From Geotalea uraniireducens Rf4 (GTDB lineage: Bacteria > Desulfobacterota > Desulfuromonadia > Geobacterales > Geobacteraceae), in contig NC_009483.1 in assembly GCF_000016745.1 (NCBI RefSeq), positions 3,420,001-3,452,000 on the forward strand: DNA of 32,000 nt, given 5' to 3'. How positions within the stretch are numbered: the first letter of the stretch is position 1; every line of letters starts with the position of its first letter. A program made the translations under genes and the position numbers. Shown here piece after piece: positions 30,460-32,000 of this stretch. The notes beneath the pieces were generated by a model that made no database searches, had not been told where the DNA came from, and was given only the letters and a program-made list of their open reading frames with translations.

Positions 30460-30695
30460 AGTGTTTTTCAGCGTTGTCCGGTTTGGTTTTTGCTTACGTC
30501 CCGTAGGGACAGAATACTGGTAGCCGGGGAATTCATTCCCCGGTCATCCAGGCGAAATATCATCACGTCACGTACGTGACGTGGGGAAATATAGCATCTC
30601 ATCCGGGGGATGAATCCCCCGCTACATTCGAACGCCCCTAATGGGGCTTAACAACCTTGATGCACAAACCAAACCGGACAACGCTGAGTGTTTTT
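30460..30695. mobile_element. MITE-like non-autonomous element: 218-bp core, 21-bp perfect terminal inverted repeats, 9-bp direct duplication
   Basis: TIRs are CAGCGTTGTCCGGTTTGGTTT (30469-30489) and AAACCAAACCGGACAACGCTG (30666-30686). The flanking direct repeat AGTGTTTTT is at 30460-30468 and 30687-30695. There is no ORF inside, and the interior holds five GC-rich hairpins. Confidence 0.7.
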
Positions 30696-30702
30696 AACTA
30701 AC

Positions 30703-30729
30703 AAAAAAACGCCGTGGTCTCCCACGGCG
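30703..30729 (-). terminator. rho-independent terminator of the kinase/response-regulator operon
   Basis: Minus strand: CGCCGTGG-GAGA-CCACGGCG (8-bp stem) followed by TTTTTTT. Lies 41 nt after the response-regulator stop. Confidence 0.85.
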
Positions 30730-30769
30730 CTTCCGGTACAGGCAAAGGTGACAATACCAGCTTTAAAAG

Positions 30770-31174
30770 CTATATCCCCATATCATTCATAATCTCAATA
30801 AGTTTCCTGCCGTCAAGCGGCTTGTTCAGGAAAAACTCCACCCCCAGTCTCCGGCAGCTTTCGATGTCTGACGGCTCTTGGGAGGAACTGGTGATGATGA
30901 CCGGGATGTCCCTCATTCGCTCATCATCCCGGATGGATTGGAGCACTTCCAGGCCATTCAACTTGGGAAGTTTCAGATCTAGCAGGATTAACCGCGGCAT
31001 CATGGCTTTGTCGCGTTCCGCATGGTTGCCGGCACAGAACAGACAATCGATTGCATCCGCCCCGTCGCGGGCGACCAAGACCCCTTCAATGCCGCATTTC
31101 TTCAACTCTCTCAGCGTCAGAAATTCGTCATCAGGATTGTCCTCAACCATTAAGACAAGGATGTTCGACCACAT
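30770..31174 (-). CDS. single-domain response regulator (receiver only)
   Basis: VLMVEDNPDDE, phospho-acceptor context LILLDLKLPKLNG, and the ITSS and KP motifs. The ATG at 31172-31174 is preferred (AAGGAG 5 nt upstream) over the GTG at 31180. Confidence 0.88.
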   Translation of the reverse strand: MWSNILVLMVEDNPDDEFLTLRELKKCGIEGVLVARDGADAIDCLFCAGNHAERDKAMMPRLILLDLKLPKLNGLEVLQSIRDDERMRDIPVIITSSSQEPSDIESCRRLGVEFFLNKPLDGRKLIEIMNDMGI

Positions 31175-31206
31175 CAGCACTCCTTCCTGTTAGGGCCTGT
31201 CAAGCC

Positions 31207-32000
31207 TTAGAGTGAAAAATAAAAGGTTGCGCCCTTTTCTATCGCCCCTTCCGCCCAAATTCGGCCGCCATGGCGCTGAATGACCCTCTGCACGGTCGCA
31301 AGACCGATACCGTTGCCGGGAAACTCGCCGGGGCAATGGATGCTCTCGAACGGCTTGAACAGCTTCTTGGCAAATTTCATATCAAAACCTACCCCGTCAT
31401 CACGGACATAACAGACCCTGCGTCGTTTATGCTCGGTAATGCCGAATTCTATCCCTGCCGTCGAATGTTTCGCCGTATACTTCCAGGCATTGTCGAGAAG
31501 GTTTTTCAATGCAATCGTTAACATCGCGACATCGCCTTTCACCATGACATCAGGGGCTGCAACGAATTCAACGACACGGTCGGGATGCATCTCCTTCAGC
31601 TCTTGAATTATTGAACGGGCAATCTCACTCAGATTCACATCCTGCACAGTCAGCTCGCTCCGTGTCAGCCTGCTCAGTTCGAGAAGGACATCGATCACCC
31701 TTTTCAACTGCAGGCTTCCCTGTTCTATACGTTCGGCGTAAAACCGGCCTTGCGCGTCAAGCAGCTCTGAGCAGTCTTCCAATATGGCCCGGCTGTAACC
31801 TTCAAGGCGGTTGAGCGGGGCGCGCAGGTCGTGGGAGATCGCATAGCAAAAACCTTCCAACTCCCTGTTGGATGCCTCCAGTTGTGCGGTGCGTTTAAGG
31901 ACGCGCTGTTCCAGCTCCTCGTTCAATTTCCATATTTCCACTTCGGCCTGTTTACGTTCGCTGATATCGCGGTTGCTGCCGCGAATACCGATAAAATTGC
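31207..32000 (-). CDS. sensor histidine kinase, partial (N-terminus lies beyond the window)
   Basis: H-box FCYAISHDLRAPL, N box LLDNAWKY, G1 VRDDGVGFD and G2 GNGIGLATVQR. The frame stays open upstream of the ORF-track GTG start and reads ..IGIRGSNRDISERKQAEVE.., a typical PAS-to-HisKA linker, so the gene continues past base 32000. Confidence 0.9.
   Translation of the reverse strand, partial: NFIGIRGSNRDISERKQAEVEIWKLNEELEQRVLKRTAQLEASNRELEGFCYAISHDLRAPLNRLEGYSRAILEDCSELLDAQGRFYAERIEQGSLQLKRVIDVLLELSRLTRSELTVQDVNLSEIARSIIQELKEMHPDRVVEFVAAPDVMVKGDVAMLTIALKNLLDNAWKYTAKHSTAGIEFGITEHKRRRVCYVRDDGVGFDMKFAKKLFKPFESIHCPGEFPGNGIGLATVQRVIQRHGGRIWAEGAIEKGATFYFSL

Overview
About 32 kb of mid-GC (roughly 55%) chromosomal DNA, with nearly all genes on the minus strand. 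Gene content and order suggest a Geobacter/Desulfuromonadales-type deltaproteobacterium; this is inference, no search was possible. Reading the minus strand from right to left: a partial PAS-type histidine kinase plus single-domain response regulator, a terminator, then a che module (cheW-mcp-cheR-cheD-cheB) followed by an EAL+HDOD protein. Next comes the conserved envelope/sigma-54 supercluster kdsB-pyrG-kdsA-kdsD-kdsC-lptC-lptA-lptB-rpoN-hpf-ptsN-hprK-rapZ-EIIA(Man)-ptsH-ptsI. After that are a hopanoid side-chain cluster (hpnG divergent from hpnJ-hpnK-small EamA protein), two small plus-strand periplasmic proteins (PDZ, glutaredoxin-like), asnS plus a DUF985 cupin, an ECF sigma/DUF3619/DUF3106 triad, an LpxC-family gene and one unassigned ORF at the left edge. 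No rRNA, tRNA, CRISPR array or obvious defence or prophage genes were seen. Two things are unusual. (1) Intergenic spacers are repeatedly filled with tandem repeats whose unit is always 7 nt, for example 19 perfect CCAGTTC, 9 CCAGTTC, 8 GACCATC and 8 TCCTTAC, plus degenerate arrays. These usually start at or next to a stop codon. (2) A 218-bp MITE-like element with 21-bp perfect terminal inverted repeats, a 9-bp direct duplication and five internal hairpins lies upstream of the che operon. Several ORF-track starts were revised using RBS and overlap logic.
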